Source: Eledone cirrhosa
Taxonomy: Eukaryota
DNA: 64,000 nt
NCBI GenBank assembly: GCA_964016885.1
Contig: OZ024741.1
Span: forward strand, 334,800,001 to 334,864,000
Direction: 5' to 3'
Shown in pieces: positions 1 through 13,579 of the stretch; position 1 is the stretch's first letter; each line of letters opens with the position of its first letter. The translations under genes were made by a program, and so were the position numbers. The notes under the pieces are model-generated. The model had not been told where the DNA came from, searched no databases, and saw nothing but the letters and a program-made list of their open reading frames with translations.

Positions 1-475
1 TATTAGACACACACACACACATATATATATATGTGTGTGTGTGTGTGTGTCTAATAAGGTCATAAGTACTGCCTCACTGTATAGCTCTTTGGGTGAATGT
101 TTCTACAACTTGGGCTGAGCAATGCCTTTGTGAGTGTAATTTGCTTGATGGAAACTGTAATGAATCTCATCATCATCATCATCATATATTCACTTTCCAT
201 ATTGGCATGGGTTGGACAGGTCATTATCATAAAAAACTAGATTGGTTGGAGATCCACATCTAGCTCATACATTCCACATCATACATTTCCCGTTTCATGT
301 TGTTTCTCCAGCTGGCTCCTTCCTTAATGTCAACCACTTTACAAAGTGTACCGGGTACATCTTTTCATGAACCAGCACTCCCACTTTACTGAGTGTATGG
401 TGTGCATTTTATCATGGCGCCAGCACTGGAGAGGTTGTCATATGCTTGGCCAGTTCTCTCTACCCCATATTATCA

Positions 476-512
<37 letters not shown>

Positions 513-515
<3 letters not shown>

Positions 516-705
516 GGAGTAAGTAAGACCCCGACGGCTGAGCTCAAGCCGTTTCGACGGCTAATTCTGTACAGCTAATTCCGTCGAAACGGCTTGAGCT
601 CAGCCGTCGGGGTCTTACTTACTCCTATTACCCACTCTACTACCCTAAGTATTGAGTACTTTGGTGCGTTATGGTCCACCTGGTTCCTTACCACTTTTCC
701 CTCGC
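513..705 (+). mobile_element. fold-back element family A, copy 1
   Basis: Inverted arms 513-560 / 581-628, then an unpaired tail, with (TA)n on both sides. Homologous to 48650-48854, 59197-59371 and 45683-45751. Confidence 0.8.
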
Positions 706-1116
706 TATATATATATATATATATAGAAGTGGTTACACAACAGTTAGTTCACCATACTGAGAACAATTGTTTCACCTTAGTGGATCCTCAGCTTGTAATG
801 GACATGGTTATACGGAACATATATCATTTCATTTTTCATTTCATTTTACGTCCACTTTTCCCTGCTTGCAAGGGTATATATATATATACTGTTTATACTT
901 GTGAAAAAGTGGAATTTTGTTACCATCTTTTAAAGGTTAAATTTATGGTGCACACTATTACATGGGTACTACTTTTGAGGGACTTCAAATTCAAGATGGA
1001 ATTGAACTTGCTGTATCAGTAGCAGAAGCTGAACTGATCTCTAAATGAATAAAAACAAATAGAAACAAAAACACAATTAATTATAGTAATATTACTGATT
1101 CTATGCATCAAAATTC

Positions 1117-1418
1117 CATGTGTCTAACACCTGTGGACATGCCTACAAAGTCAGAAAACAGCACAGCTCCCATGACTTTCGGAAACATTTTTTCATGCTC
1201 AGAGTTCCTGAAGCATGGAACAAACTACCTGCATCAGTTGTTCCTGAAATTCGCCAATACTACACCTGATATTCCCACCTCCATACACACACACATATGT
1301 ATATCATGACTCATACACAGTACACTTTCCTGACATAGGTAGATTATTCTTTCTACTATACATGCACCATTGACGAGTTGTAGTGCACCTGAGCACTGTA
1401 CACAATAATTTCATTATA
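1117..1418 (+). mobile_element. CR1-clade LINE 3' end
   Basis: Homologous to the reverse complement of 60006-60350. Another piece lies at ~41625-41835 (-). Confidence 0.8.
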
Positions 1419-1761
1419 ATTTAAAACAACTATAGGGTAAATCTTTAGTTTCAGACTTGTATTTTCAATATATATTTGCCTTATCCGTGAGATAACTAGG
1501 GTCGACTTATACGAGGCCTATGGTAAATTCAATATTTTTTGGCCAAAAATGGAGTCGACTTTTACATGAAATCAACTTTTACTCAAGTATGTATGAAATA
1601 TATATATATGTGTACGTATGGGTTTACCGAACATTTATTATAATGTTCGGTTTGTTTGTAAACAAACAGCCCGAATTACACCGTACAGTGTTCAGGCATA
1701 TATGACACTTATATGTCTGAATTATTGTCGGCTTTTTGCTTACATTAATTTCTCTATTTTC

Positions 1762-1801
<40 letters not shown>

Positions 1802-1827
1802 CAAGGATAGCAGACATTAAATGATGA

Positions 1828-1861
<34 letters not shown>

Positions 1862-2904
1862 CAGTGATAGATGGTGGGAAGATGTGGTTTAATAATCAGC
1901 AAGTAGAACAAATCTGTGTAATCCATATATCCAAACAGAATCAAGAATTAAAACATTGGGTAGAGTGGAAGAACACATAAAATATAAACAGACACACTAT
2001 TATGAAATTTGAGGATATTTATTGGACTAGAAAAGATACAAAGATAGACTTAACACCTTGATGGTAGGATGATGCTATGATGATGATGATTATGGTGATG
2101 ATATAAAGCTCATGATATGATGATAACAGTGATGATGATGGTGGGGGTGATGATTTGACACAAGTAGTTTCATGATAATGATGGTGATGATGGTGAATAT
2201 TATGATGATGATAATAATTGTTTCTACTTTTGGCACAAAACCAGCAATTATTCCAGTGCATTACTGGTACTCTATTTTACCGACCCCGAAAGGATGAAAG
2301 GCAAAGTTAACTTCTGCGGGATTTGAACTTAAACCGTAAAGGGCCGTAACTCTATGCTGCTAAAAATGGCGTCCGACCCTCTACCAATATTGCCAACCCA
2401 CCACCTTTTGATGATATGATAATAATAATATATGATGATGATGATGATGATGAGGAAGAAGACTCTGACTAGTGTCTGTTTTGTGTTTATTATGCCATAT
2501 TAATTTCTGTATTGTAACAGTAAAGACATTTCAGCTCCAGGGACAATCAATGAGTCCCAGACTAACAGTCAAATGTCCTTAATTGGTAGTTTACAATTTA
2601 TATAAAATCCTGCAAGATTTTCAAATACTGAAGGATGGAGGGCAAAGGTAATTTATTGTTTTCAACAAAAGATGAAATAAATAAGGAAATATTTTCAATA
2701 TAAATATAAAAGTAATCTTAGAATAGAAGTTAAAATTGAGCAATAGTTATTTTGTCAATAACTCATGTACATATGCCAGAGAAAAACGTCTGTGGGTATA
2801 TATATGTATATAGATATATCCAAAATTAAAATTAAGGGTTGTCATGTCTGAGAGACATGCACCATATCCACTGTAGAATAAGCTCAAAGATTAGATCCGA
2901 GCAT

Positions 2905-3087
2905 TACATATCAACTAGAAATAGATTGACATATAAATATATAAAATAAACATATGAAACAATCACAGGGAATAATTTGTAAAGAATGTAAGCACACATA
3001 GCTAGGTAGGTAACTAATTAAAGTTTAACTAGTTTCATATGTTTATTTTATATATATATATGTCAATCTATTTTTATTTGATATGTA
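2905..3087. repeat. inverted repeat (fold-back)
   Basis: Arms ~2905-2960 / 3032-3087. Confidence 0.7.
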
Positions 3088-3377
3088 TATAGATATATAT
3101 GTTGACTCTTTATAGCATATATGTTGACTCTTTATAGCATATATATATGTTGACTCTTTATAATATATACATATATGTATATACACATTTCAAGAGTAAC
3201 CAATCTTAAGGAGAGATGGAGATAGGAGAGGATATATGAGAGGAGAGATTGGTGAGTTAGTTAGAAGCCAACGCGTAAAGGCATGTGCTCAATGTGCAAT
3301 ATGCAGTAGAAAGCAGCTAGGTGGCTGGGTTCATGCAGAAGTTAGGAAATATTCATTAGTTAAGAGCTGGAAATATT

Positions 3378-4313
3378 CATTAGTTAAGCAAAACAAGACC
3401 ACAAATTTCACAAGGAAGACATTATTAAAAGATTGTCAACATATTTTAGTTTGATGTAAGGAATGTAGAGAATAATAATAATAATATTAATAATAATTGT
3501 TTCTACTTTAGGCACAAGGCCAGCAATTACCCAGTGCATTACTGGTACTTTATTTTATCAACCCCGTAAGGATGAAAGGCAAAGTCAACCTCGGCGGGAT
3601 TTGAACTCAGATCATAAAGGGACGTAACTATGCTGGAAAGCATGGTGTCCGACCCTCTACCGATACTGCCAATTCAATGTCCGTTTACAATTGTTTCACT
3701 ACTCCATATAATATTTCTGGATCAGATGACTATATATCATAATTGATCTGGTTCAGTTGAAAATAATTAACATATTTAAAAAACAGAGCGGCTCCACGGA
3801 ACTTCAAAGGAATATAAATTAAAATAATGAGAGAATGTTACATATGTAACATTCTCTCATTATTTTAATTTATATTCGGTGGATTGGCAGTATCAGTAGA
3901 GGGTCGAACACCATGCTTTCCAGCATAGTTACGTCCCTTTACGATCTGAATTCAAATCCCGCTCAGGTTGACTTTGCCTTTCATCCTTACGGGGTCAATA
4001 AAATAAAGTACCAGTAATGCACTGGTTAATTGCTGGCCTTCTGCCTAAAGTAGAAACAATTATTTTAATTTATATTCCTTTGAAGTTCCGATGAGCCACT
4101 CTGTTTTTTAAATATGTTAATTATTTTCAACTGAACCAGATCAATTATGATATATAGTCATCTGATCCAGAAATATTATATGGAGTAGCGAAACAATTGT
4201 AAACGGACATTATTATTATTCTCTACATTCCTTACATCAAACTAAAATATGTTGACAATCTTTTAATAATGTCATCCTTGTGAAATTTGTGGTCTTGTTT
4301 TGCTTAACTAATG
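3378..4313. repeat. long palindrome with a SINE inserted in each arm
   Basis: Spacer-less centre TGTTACAT|ATGTAACA at 3843/3844. The arms match once the SINEs at ~3480-3676 and 3878-4061 are removed. Confidence 0.9.
3878..4061 (+). mobile_element. SINE family 1 copy with long TSD
   Basis: ATTATTTTAATTTATATTC duplicated at 3859-3877 and 4059-4077. Confidence 0.9.
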
Positions 4314-4319
4314 CATATA

Positions 4320-4376
<57 letters not shown>

Positions 4377-4821
4377 GAATATGTGTTCCTACATGCACAA
4401 GATGCTAAGGGACACATGTATTGTCCAACCATATGCCAATGTGGTTCAATGGCAGGTTAATAAATTAACGAGCCAGAACATATATAATCAAGGTTTAGCA
4501 AATAAGGAAAAAGTTTCAAAATAAATTTTAAAAGATTAACTTTACTTACTATAGTTACCATTACCAAATCGGTTTTGAATCTCAAAAATGAACGGAGTCC
4601 ATACGGCCTTCGTTGCAAAGAAAGATTCTCGTCAGAAGGTTCTTTTCATTCAAAATATATAAAATTCTTGAATTTAAATTACGAACTAGCGCTATCCAAA
4701 ACTGTTCCCGAGATGAGAGTAAATGAAGTGGAATCAATTTTTTAAAGGGCCGAGTGCAAAGATAGAGGCAGAGGCAGGGTGGTCAGTCGGCTACCGCTAT
4801 AACTAGCAGCAGTCAGAATGA

Positions 4822-4854
<33 letters not shown>

Positions 4855-4860
<6 letters not shown>

Positions 4861-5141
4861 TTGGGGAGGGTCATATTTGCGTAATATTGCCAGAATTAAT
4901 AACAGAACACACTCACTGTTTGGTTGGTTTTCGCTTCTCGCTGTCTTTTATATACGAGTAAGTTAGATCGCAGATATATATATATAAAAGACAGCGAGAA
5001 GCGAAAACCAACCAAACAGTGAGTGTGTTCTGTTATTAATTCTGGCAATATTACGCAAATATGACCCTCCCCAAATATAACAATATCTGTTTCGACACAC
5101 GATTTCATATAAAAAACCTCGCAAAACTAATTCATCGCCGC
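4855..5141 (+). mobile_element. fold-back PLE 3'-terminal fragment
   Basis: Arms ~4855-4954 / 4982-5080. 5061-5141 encodes MTLPKYNNICFDTRFHIKNLAKLIHRR, homologous to the PLE end at 23996-24078. (TA)n on both sides. Confidence 0.85.
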
Positions 5142-5349
5142 TATATATATATACATATATGTATATATTATAAAGATATATATTATATATATTATAAATA
5201 TATATATATATGTGTGTGTTGGTGTGTATATGTGTGCGTGTTTATATATGTGTGTGTGTATATATATATATGTGTGTGTATAGATATATGTATATAGATA
5301 TATATGTTGACTCATTATAGTATATATATATGTTGACTCTTTATAATAT

Positions 5350-5382
<33 letters not shown>

Positions 5383-5390
5383 ACTGACTA

Positions 5391-5446
5391 ACTGCCTGAT
5401 GAGGTCATAGCCATTCAATGGTTATCATCGAAATATATATAGCAGT
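5391..5446 (+). ncRNA. minimal type I hammerhead ribozyme
   Basis: ACTGC-CTGATGA-GGTCATAGCCAT tca ATGGTTATCATC-GAAA-TATATA-TA-GCAGT. Perfect stem I and a palindromic stem III, inside a ~110 bp insert in (TA)n. Confidence 0.85.
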
Positions 5447-5512
5447 AAATAAAGGATTATGAGTTCATGCAATTGACTTATGTTTCGTCACTATATTTAT
5501 ATATATATATAA

Positions 5513-5544
<32 letters not shown>

Positions 5545-6717
5545 TGGTGTGTATATGTGTGTGTGTGTGTGTGTTGGTGTGTATATGTGTGTGCGTGTAT
5601 ATATATATATATATGTGTGTGTGTTTATATATGTGTGTGTGTGTTTATATATATGTGTGTGTGTATATATATATATGTGTGTGTGTGTGTATATATGTGT
5701 GTGTATGCACATCCATATATCAAAGCAATGTGGTCACATTACATGTGAAAGTTGTAAACAATTAGGCTACATATGCACATGCACACATACATGCATACAT
5801 AAACATAAACAAACATATATATATATATATACATAAGACGCATACATATGTACATACAAGTACATGCATACCACAATCAAACACACACACACATACACAG
5901 CTGTACACACACACAAATACATACATGCTACAATCACATACACACACATGCATGCTATTAAAACACATGTCCCAGGGCTTATAGTTACTCTCTGTCTCTC
6001 TCTATCTATCTATCTATCTCTCCTCTCTCTCTCCTCTCTCTATATACCTCTCTCTTCTTCTCTCTCCCCTCTCTCTCTCTTCATCAATCTCCTGTCTGTC
6101 ACTCCTCTCTCCCGCTCTGCTCTCTCTCCCTCCCTCTCCTTTCTCTCCATCTCTCTCTACCCCTCTCTCTCTCTACTCCTTCTCTCTCTACGTCACCCCT
6201 CTCTACCTCTCTGTACCCCCTCTATACCTCCTCTCTCTATAGCCCCTCTCTCTCCCCTTCTCACTCTCTCCCTTCACCACTCCTCACAACCACTTCAATT
6301 AAATACTACTACAGATCTGAGATCCCTGAGATCTATTGCCAAACTCTAGTGACTAATTTAATAAAAAACATCACTGTAATATTTACCAATTATCGCTCTT
6401 CCCTTACCATTTCTGTTTCATTGTCTACTCTTGGAAACTTAACACATTGCACAAGCCTACCATTGTGTTTGTAGTTTTTTATCCTTCTTTCTTTCTTCAT
6501 TTGCACTCCACCCATTATGAATGCATGTATGTATAAGTGCCTGTGCATAGATATATATATATATACACTTTTTCTCATATATATTTATATACACACACAC
6601 ACTCACACTCGTATATATATATATATATACACACATACATGTGTCTCTGCATATAGTATGTTGATTGATTTATTGTGTTCAGTTGCTTTTATTATCCTGT
6701 GGTCCCTCCTTCTGGGT

Positions 6718-6758
<41 letters not shown>

Positions 6759-7068
6759 GTTTGTAGTTTTCTTTTCACTTATCTACTTGCTCTCATTGTG
6801 TAGATAACTGATAACTGATGAGAGGCTTTTTCAAAAGAAATCATATCTATCAAATATCTATTTTATTTCATAACCATATCTTTGTTTCCTACATTTTTTA
6901 TTGTTTAATTTATTATTTATTGTTTTTATTATTTTTTTGTTATTGTTTATTGGGCATAAACACACACATACATATGTACACATGCACATAAACACACACA
7001 TATATATACACACACACATCATATATGAAGAGTAGAATACACTGTTATTGCATTTAAATACATATATA

Positions 7069-7121
<53 letters not shown>

Positions 7122-7182
7122 GAACATTTATTCATACACACACATTATATATATATATATAAACATTTATTCATACATACAC

Positions 7183-7242
<60 letters not shown>

Positions 7243-8404
7243 TACACACATATTCTCTTAATTTTCTCCGGTTTCAGTCATTTGACTGCGGGCATGCAGT
7301 ATTTTTTCATGTCTGGTACTCCCATAAAGCTATTGTTTTCTGTTTTCTTAATCATCAGCCAAAGATTCTGATTTTATATAAATATGATTTGATAGCAATG
7401 ATTTATTCCTGAATAAAAAAAATAATAAAGGACTGAAATGAATCTTTTTATACGAAATGCCCCAAATTCATGATCATAGGTAAGGGTATGCATGAACACT
7501 GAATTGACTGGGTAGCTGAAGCTGGTGCAGTAATGAATCAGATCCAACAATTTTTGGATTTTTATTCATTCAACCTCCTGCCTTCCAGCAGTCATGAAAA
7601 TGTCCCTGAGATATTGAACACCTCCACCTGTTTCATACTCAATAAGCTGAGCTGATCCAGAGAGATCAACTGCTTCTCTGGATCAAGGGATTACAAATCT
7701 GGTATTATGGGCATATGGTTAGAATGTCTAAGGAAAGAATTACTGGACAGATTTTATGGACAATACCAGCTGGCAGGATACCCAGAGGTTAACTACAAAC
7801 AAGATGGTTGGATAACATCCATGATCTTTGGAATCCAGCCAGATAATTTGGAGACAGAGTTGCTTCTGATAGGGCTCTATGTCCGAGGACTGTACAACCA
7901 ATGGTGCTCCCAGGAATAAGTGGGCAAAGAAAAAGATACTAAAACATCTGAAACTACGTAAATTTTTGTAATATGAAACTTTTTATTGTCAAGACTTCAT
8001 ATTTGAATTAAAACTTTCCATCACAATTTTACGTAAGATCCTTTTGTAAAGATATGTTCTTAACATAATCTTAATAATGAAAAGGTCAGTTATTTTACTG
8101 TAGTGTATTTCATTAGAAACGTGGCAATGAAAGGGTTAACTAAAAAGAAAGGATATAAACATTGTCTCATAAAAGGATCCCATGGTGAGTATTACATCCA
8201 TCATGTGGTCCACTAGGTTTTATTCTGCTTTATCAGAAAAAATGACCTTAAAATGCTCGGGGGGTTGTTTTTTTTTTGTCACCTTTTTAACTCTTACTTA
8301 CTATCGACAGTCGATCGGCTTTCGTCAAATCAGACGAAGGAAACAATGTTTCTGTTGGTCTTTCCAATTATTAATATTCTCTATCGGTCGCAACTCGAGG
8401 TAGA

Positions 8405-8527
8405 AGGAGCAACTTGAAATAAAGTGCCTTGCTCAAGGACATATCAAATCGTCCGGTCCAGGAATTGAACTCACACTCTCACGATTGCGAATCCAAATCT
8501 CTTACCACTCAGCCACACGCCTTCACT
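8405..8527 (-). mobile_element. tRNA-derived SINE family 2 head
   Basis: Minus strand GTGGCTGAGTGG...GAGTTCAATTCC. Similar copies at ~11588-11710, 36566-36686 and 54960-55075. Confidence 0.7.
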
Positions 8528-10243
8528 AACTTGCTATCACACTGCTTTATTGCTATGTATCACTAGATCCCTCTCACAACATTATACATCTCTATTGCTA
8601 TCCTATCACATTACTCATGCTGCTTCCTATTCAGCCTCTTACCTGAACAGAAGACAGAAATATAACACATGATTATCCTCTCTGAATTTTGAAACTATTT
8701 GAAAATCTTCAGGTATGCCACATGATGACTTCAATTATATTATTTGGGAAATGTTCATATTCCAATGTTATGGATTAGTGTTGCGGTGGGTGGGGGTGAT
8801 TTTTCATGATAAATTACACCCAGTACACTCTGTAAAATTGTTGGCAATTTGAGACAACATAGCATAGCGAGGACAATAAAGATTTATCAAGGACATGATA
8901 AACCTTTCTCATGTTGGCACCATAATAATTTACAGCCAGAATACTCCCTTGAAAGATTTATCTTATGAAGGGCATCTAACTATAAAAACTCCAGTAAAAA
9001 TATAATGTACGCACAAGATGTGGTTCTCTGAATAATCTTAGTGAGAAGACACTTTGAATAATTGCTAACTTATCCATCAGTCCATCTCATACCAACAGAA
9101 AATCAGACATTGAATTATGATGATCATAATGATAATGATGATGATGATGAAATATGCCATTACAACTAAAACCTGGATCCTTATCTAATGGGGGGAGTTA
9201 ACATTTTACTGGCTTGGCTACCACAATTTTTCTGGCATTCTAACAAAAGATGTCATTAAATCTTGCTTCGTTAAAGTTGAACCACTCTAATTTGAGCCAT
9301 GCTAATGAGCTGCTGATTATAGAAATTTTACTTCCCAGCTTGTTTTTTTTCTTTCTTTTTTACATTCAAGGGAAGATTTAGTCTTGTATCTAACTATATG
9401 TAAGTTGATAGAGGAGTAGGGAGTAAAATAATTGACAATATATAAGAAATATTTCAAGCTAAGTAATTTACAGATGGTTGAAATAATCCTCAGAATAATC
9501 CACATCTAATGAAGAAATTATATATATATATATATATATGTGTGTGTATTATGTATATATATATATATATCCACACATACACATATATATATATATCCAC
9601 ACATACACATATATATAGAGTGAATTTTATTTATGGTTTGGTGCTTATGGTGTGTATATATATTGATGAGAGTAAAGAGTAGATTGCGTATGTATGTGTG
9701 CGTAAGAAAAGCCCTGGTTCTTTCCCCCCATTTAATCCTCACACCCCATTCCATCATATCCCACCCCTTCATCCATCTAACCATCCATTACATCTATCTA
9801 TTCACCCTATTCTCTCTACCTTCTACCCTTCTACATCTCCCCACCCCTCCCGTTTCAATATAATCTTTTACTTTTTCCTTTCTTTCCGTCTTTTCATCAT
9901 CATTGTCACTAAACTTTTACTTCACTTCATTGTCAGCCATCCCTGTTTCTGTTAAATTACGTTTCCTCAGCATTTCACCTTCACCTTTCTTTATCTTCAC
10001 GCACTCTGAAGCTCAATTTATATATCTTTATTTATTTAGTTTTTTTTGCTGCCTGTTTTCTTTTGTTTTTTCTTTCCTTCTTTCTTTATTTTTATCATCT
10101 TCACTTCATTTAAGGCAGTGCTCAACATCAAGTTATGTTTCATCATCCTGGCAATCTCCTCTCTCTTTTCCAGTCTTTTGATGATGGATATATAATACAC
10201 ATCATCATTATCATAAACATATGTCCATTTTCCCATTTATATA

Positions 10244-10285
<42 letters not shown>

Positions 10286-10386
10286 CATACTTACACTTAC
10301 ACAAATGTATGTCAAATAGTTATAAATTTATAACTATGTGAATATATACATACATACACATGCATTCTTGAGTGTGTGTGTGTGTG

Positions 10387-10440
<54 letters not shown>

Positions 10441-10926
10441 CATATATGTACATACACATATAAATATAGGAGAAAGTTGTAATATATATATATAAGGATA
10501 ATTTTCCTTTTGTTCCTTGACTACACTTACCTTCCATTTTACAACAATAACAGCAATAACCACAACAACAACAGCTGCAACTCATTTAATCAATAGTCCA
10601 GTGCAAATGATGAGGAAGAGGTTGAAAATGAACAAAAGAAGAGAGGGAAATATACGGCTGACAATACACACACATCACAGACACACACACACACACACAC
10701 ATTTACATACACACACATACAGAGATATATGCACATGCAAATGCATATGCAACACTTAGATGTATTTATACATGTACACACACATAGATACACACATATA
10801 CATATGCACATACAGCTACATACACACAAATACATATACACACACACACATACATATACACACACACAGATAGATATATACACATATAGATACATACACA
10901 CTCACATACACACACACACACACACA

Positions 10927-10958
<32 letters not shown>

Positions 10959-12723
10959 TATATATATAGACACACACATACACAGATATATTCACCCCCA
11001 TATAGATATTTATATATGTATACACTCACACATGAACACACACACATATATATACACACACACACCAAGATATATACACCTACTAATGATATTCCCAATG
11101 AATCTCCAACTATCAATGTTTTTATCAATATTTTTTTTCTTTAGATTTATTTCATGAAAATTAACCCCTTAGACACAAAATAGAATTACATTTGTGATGA
11201 GCCTTTAGAAGTTTGCCTATAATGTTTGTTCCTTGAATATAAGTTTTGTACCTTATATACTAACTAGGCAGTATAATTAGGTAAGCAAATGTCTGTCTTG
11301 AGCCGAGGGCCTCATCAGACCTGTGCTTTTCCTGGTTTATATGTTGTTAAGTGATTAAAAGTACAAGACTTGAAATCCATCCCCCAGGCCCTGGACAGGA
11401 TACCAGTCCACCACAGGATTAAAGTCTGTCTTGAGCTCAGAAGCTCACCAGGCAGGTATTTATGCTGGTTTCTGTGGTGTGAAACAACTGTGATTACAAG
11501 ACTCCCCCATGGACAGGACACCCGTCCATCACAGGGTTAAACCCCCTCAGCTATTGCAGCTGGTATTCATATTCAGCTGTGTATACTGGATCAACATGAA
11601 ATTAAGTGTTTTGCTCAAGAACACAACACAGAATCTGGTCCAGGAATCAACCCCATGACATTATGAGTGCAAGTTCAACATCCTTACCACTAGGCCACTC
11701 ACATCCACATAACTAGGAAAAAGTCAAAATTAATTGTTTGCTAGAAGATAAATTTATCCCTTTGTATAAAAAAATCACATTAAACTGCTTCTGGTTCATC
11801 AGGTGGATTGACAGCATCGGTAGAGGGTCGGATGCCATGCTTTGCAGCATAGATTACGTCCCTTTACAGTATGAGTTCAAATCCCACCAAGGTTAACTTT
11901 GCCTTTCATCCTTACGGAGTTGATAAAATAAAGTACCAGTAATGTATTGGGATAATTGCTGGTCTTGTGCCAAAAATAGAAACAATTATCATCATTTAAC
12001 CTTTTAGCATTTGAACCAGCCATATCCGGTTATAGCCTGTTCAAACAGGCTATAACCGGTTGCTCATACTGATGTTACGGTATTGTTATCAGAATCTCAT
12101 AGATTCAATATTATGTGAGATAGTTATGTGAGTAACGCCATTACAGTGAAAATATAATAGCATATATAGAGTAATGTAAATGCTAAAGGATTAATGTACA
12201 TTTTCCCAGCTAGCAAGAGCTTGAAAAGGTTTTAAGGGACCAAGTCAGTACTTAAGCAAAGATAGTGACCTCATAGATGGGCCACAGATTTACATATCAT
12301 ATACTCACATTCTCGCACTCTACTTGCTGCATTTTATCGTGACACCAGCACTAGGGATGTTGTCATATCTTCAATACAGTCAAGGAATCCTCCCAACCTT
12401 TTGTTTGGCAAGTTTTCTATGATAAGATGTCCTTCTACGATATAAAACTGTTTATTTTATGTATGAATATATATATATATCATCATTGTTTAACGTCCAT
12501 TTTCTACGTTAGCATGAGTAATATATACGTATGTATATGCATATATGTGTAAATATGTGAGTATATATATGTGTATATATATATGCGTATATGATTGTAT
12601 ATATATACATATATGTGTATGTATGTGTGTATGTATATGTGTATGTATATATATGTATTATATATGTATAATATATGTGTATATATATATATATATATAT
12701 GTATGCATATATATATATATGTA

Positions 12724-12758
<35 letters not shown>

Positions 12759-12798
12759 GATATTAAACAAATGGAAACTATATTTATAAAACCATATT

Positions 12799-12864
12799 TA
12801 TTTCATTATACATATTTCGGGGATACCATATTAAAAATATGGCATGCCTTCTTCAGATAAAATA
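12799..12864 (-). ncRNA. hammerhead ribozyme, inverted copy (left arm of fold-back)
   Basis: Near-exact reverse complement of 13514-13579. Confidence 0.78.
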
Positions 12865-13513
12865 CAATATATAAACAGTTTTATAAATAATTTTGACGTA
12901 CCATAAATAAAGCAACCGTTATGTAGGAAGCCGATTTGGTAGTGAGATGTTTATAAATATTTAGTGTTAAGCACAGTTAAAAAGAAAGACGGAGAAAAAG
13001 AAGAAATGTATGTAAAGAAAAACAGAGAGAAATAGAGAGAGATAGGGGAGAGAGAAATAGTGAGGAGGTGAAAAAAGAGAGGCAGCTGAAGGCAACAGAT
13101 GAATAATAATAATTCATCATACAAATTGAGAGATTTAGGAGGGAGGGAGTACTGTAATTATTTAGTTATAGTGTTAAGGACAGTTAGGGAGGAGACGGAG
13201 AGAAATAAAAAATGAAGAGAAGACAGTACTCCCTCCCTCCTAAATCTCTCAATTTGTATGATGAATTATTATTATTCATCTGTTGCCTTCAGCTGCCTCT
13301 CTTTTTTCACCTCCTCACTATTTCTCTCTCCCCTATCTCTCTCTATTTCTCTCTGTTTTTCTTTACATACATTTCTTCTTTTTCTCCGTCTTTCTTTTTA
13401 ACTGTGCTTAACACTAAATATTTATAAACATCTCACTACCAAATCGGCTTCCTACATAACGGTTGCTTTATTTATGGTACGTCAAAATTATTTATAAAAC
13501 TGTTTATATATTG

Positions 13514-13579
13514 TATTTTATCTGAAGAAGGTATGCCATATTTTTAATATGGTATCCCCGAAATATGTATAATGAAATA
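13514..13579 (+). ncRNA. minimal type I hammerhead ribozyme (right arm of fold-back)
   Basis: TATTTTAT-CTGAAGA-AGGTATGCCATAT tttta ATATGGTATCCCC-GAAA-TATGTA-TA-ATGAAATA. Confidence 0.8.

Noticed and set aside
513-705. Family A as a classical MITE
   Set aside because: The inverted repeat is not terminal, since there is a one-sided tail. A tail-only copy exists at 45683-45751, which fits retrotransposition with 5' truncation better.
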